Assembly: GCF_009914755.1 (NCBI RefSeq)
Contig: NC_060925.1
From: the human T2T-CHM13v2.0 reference genome, Homo sapiens
DNA length: 64,000 nucleotides
Reading direction: 5' to 3' (one strand)
Translations under genes and position numbers: made by a program
Notes under the pieces: generated by a model
What the model was told of the DNA's origin: nothing
The model's database searches: none
Seen by the model: the letters and a program-made list of their open reading frames with translations, nothing else
Shown: piece by piece, positions 57,418 to 64,000 of the stretch
How the letters are laid out: every line of letters starts with the position of its first letter
How positions within the stretch are numbered: position 1 is the stretch's first letter

Positions 57418-58750
57418 AAAATGTTAAAAACTTGGCCAGGCACGTGGCTCATACATATAATCCCAGTACTTTGGGAAGCCAAGGCGGGTGGATCACCTGA
57501 GGTCAGGATTGAGCCAAGATCATGCCATTGCACTCCAGCCTGGGTAACAAGACAGAAACTCTGTCTCAAAAAAAAAAAAAAATTAAAAACATAACTCTCA
57601 AACAGATTCTGAACACATACCAACATTTTAATTAATTCATTAACAAAGACCAGCAAGAAGACAAACCAATTCAAAGGATACAAAAACTTGCATACATACA
57701 TATTGTCAGTGACAAAAAGGAATACTAAAGTAAGATTGCTAAATCAGATATAAAACTGGTTAATGACTTACAGTCAATAAAGTCATAACATTTGAGATTA
57801 TCTTCCCCTTAGGAAAGAAATCATTCACATATAATTAGTGTCCTATAAATTAAAATTCAACTCTATAAAGTTGTAAAATGTCTGGATCGTAATTAACAAT
57901 AAAAAAAAAAAACTCTTGGTGTCAGGTAACTTTAGACAGGCTTGTTACAAAAATGCTCTACAATTACATTAAAAGTTTTGAACTCCTATGCAAGGTGGTT
58001 CACACCTATAATCCCAGCACTTTGGGAGGCCGAAGCTGGTGGGTTGCTTGAGCTCAGGAGTTCAAGACCGTCCTGGGCAACATGATGAAATACTAAAGAA
58101 ATATATGACAGGCAGGACGTGGTGGCTCACACCTGTAATCTCAGCACTTTGGGAGGCCGAGGCGAGTGGATCATGAGGTCAGGAGTTCAAGACCAGCCTG
58201 GCCAACATGGTGAAACCCCATCTCCACAAAAAAAAATACAAAAATTAGCTGGGCTAGTGGCATGCACCTGTAGTCCCAGCTACTTGGGAGGCTGAGGTGG
58301 GAGGATAGTATAAGCCTATGAGGTCGATCACAGGCTACAGTGAGCTGTGATCAAGCCACTGCATTCAAGCTTGGGCAAGAGAGTGAGACCCTGTCTCAAC
58401 AAAACAAAACAAAACAAAACAACAACAACAAAGTTTTGAATGCTTTTTCTTAACAGTAATTACTTCTAGAGATATTAGTGCTGAGAAACAATCTTCACAT
58501 AAAAAGTACCTGAGAGGCTGGGCGTAGTGGCTCCCACCTATAATCCCAGCACTTTGGGAGGCAAGAGGATTGCTTGAGGCCAAGTGTTCAATACCAGCCT
58601 GGGCAATATAGAGACACTGCCTCTATCAAAAAAAAAAGTAGCCAGGTATGGTGGCACATGCCTGTAGTCCTAGCTACTCAGGAGGTTGAGGTGATAGGAT
58701 TGCTTGAGACCAGGATTCCAGCGTTACAGTGAGCTATGATCAGGTCACTG

Positions 58751-60075
<1,325 letters not shown>

Positions 60076-61614
60076 ACTGTACTTCAGCCTAGGCAACAAA
60101 GTGAGATTCTGTATCTAAAAATAATTATATGGGAATAGAAAGCGTTTCTTCATTGCAATGGCATTAAATTCTTTGAACTCTGAGTTATATGCCCAAAAAT
60201 CACAGCAATCTAATATCAAAAAAACTTTGAGACAAGGCCTCACTTTGTCTGCCCTGCTGTAGAGCAGTGGCACAATCTCGGCTCACTACAACCTCCACCT
60301 CTGGGTTCAAGCGATTCTCAGTCTCCGGAGTAGCTGGGACAACAGGCATGTGCCACCACGCCTGGCTAATATTTGTATTTTTATAAGAGACGGGGTTTCA
60401 CCATGCTGGTCAGGCTGGTCTCGAACTCCTGTCCTGAAGTGATCCACCCACCTTGGCCTCCCAAAGTGCTGGGATTACAGGTGTGAGCCACCCTGCCCAG
60501 CCAAATGGATCAGTTTCTAAATCAGACTTTATTTCAGAAATAATTCATTTTGGAGAAAATTGGAATATGTGTTTTAAAATCAAATGTAAAGCTGGGCATA
60601 GTGGTTTATGCTTGTAATCCCAGCACTTCAGGAGGCTGGGGCTGGAGGATTGCCTGAGTCCAGGAGCTCGAGACCAGCCCGGGCATCATGGTGAGAGTAC
60701 TTGTACTTATTGGCCTTATGTGTCTCTCCAGCCTGACTCCATGCTGTTAGCCTTTCCTCACCTCTTATTCTTCCTATTTATTTATTTATTCTGAGTCTGC
60801 TTGCTAGAGAACTCTTATTATTATTGTTAGACCAGGTCTCACTCTGTCAGCCAGGCTAGACTGCAGTGGCACCATCTCAGCTCACTGCAACCTCCGGCTC
60901 CTGGGCTCAAGTGATCCTCCCACCTCAGTCCCTTGAGTAGAGGGGACCACAGGTAGCTCCGCCACACCCCACTCTGTTTTGTAGAGACGGGGTTTTGCCG
61001 TGTTGCCCAGGCTGGTCTCGAATGCTCGTATTCTTTTTTTCAGCCTCTACCGCTCCACTCCAGCTTCTGCTTTCACAATTCCACCCAAATGGCTCCTCTT
61101 AGATAAATCCTCTTAATAGGAGGAGATATAGGATTTGGAAGTGAGAGAGGGAAGTTTGGTTGATAAAATCATTTTTGAAATTTGTCTTTCTAATTTATAC
61201 TTGCATGGATAATCCTTTATTCAACTCCCCAGGCCTATTGGGTACATGTGCCAATAAATATCCTGATAGGCAGCTGGGCAAACTAATGTATTTTTGTACG
61301 TTGTTTTAGAACCCCTAAAGGACCAAAAAAAAAAAAGAAAAAGAAAAAAAAAGAAATAGATTCTGGTAGTCCTAACAGTGATCTTTCTCTCTCTTGCAGT
61401 GTTCCTTATCCAATAAGTAAATAGCACCACCCTCTGCTGTTTTACATGCCAGAAACCTGAGACCTGTCTTTGACTTCTTCTAACCTCTCTCCTTAATCAT
61501 CAGTTATTGTTTATTTTTTCTCTTAAATATTTTAAAAATTCACCTACTCCAGGCCGGCCACGGTAGTTCACACCTGTAATCCCAGCACTTTGGGAGGCCA
61601 AGGCAGGCAGATCA

Positions 61615-61821
<207 letters not shown>

Positions 61822-61849
61822 TTAAAACAAACAAACAAACAAACAAAAA

Positions 61850-63790
<1,941 letters not shown>

Positions 63791-63870
63791 GAAGCAACAT
63801 TGTAACTCTATTCTTCATTTTCCAATGCAAATAAATACGTTAACATAACTCCCTATGACAACTATTTTAG

Positions 63871-63959
63871 TTCCAAATTCTAATCCTAAAATGTTCCAAA
63901 TTTTAATCCTAAAATATTCCAAATTCTAATTCAAGATATTCCAAATTCCAGTTCTAAGA
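63871..63959 (+). repeat. Minisatellite, ~4 x 22-23 bp (ttccaaattctaatcctaaaatg)
   Basis: Read directly. Confidence 0.85.
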
Positions 63960-64000
63960 GGTGAAGGCTTGTCATGAATTTCCCACCTGGATGACTTCAA

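Overview
Human (primate) genomic DNA covering the 5' part of RAB3B on the minus strand: a CpG-island promoter with non-coding exon 1 (donor at 40066/40065), a 13,764-bp intron 1, coding exon 2 (26301-26074, 76 codons, ATG as first exon base) and the first ~26 kb of intron 2, plus ~24 kb of upstream DNA. No later RAB3B exon is visible. The rest is very repeat-dense: dozens of Alus (several nested), L2/L1 fragments, MLT1 LTRs, Tigger/MER DNA transposons, a tailless 5S rRNA retropseudogene, an RPS26 processed pseudogene, a 7SL pseudogene, and an upstream ERV-LTR cluster including a full-length HERV-K(HML-2) LTR5_Hs solo LTR. Nearly all ORFs in the supplied track are Alu, simple-repeat or GC-rich noise. 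I find no solid evidence of a new biological system. The best leads are hypotheses: a stop-free exon 2 that could circularise, a (CA)n/(UG)n-bracketed cryptic micro-exon, a very young AluYe5-like insertion, the LTR5_Hs as a candidate enhancer, and two locally templated duplications. Repeat subfamily names come from recall of consensus sequences and repeat boundaries are approximate.
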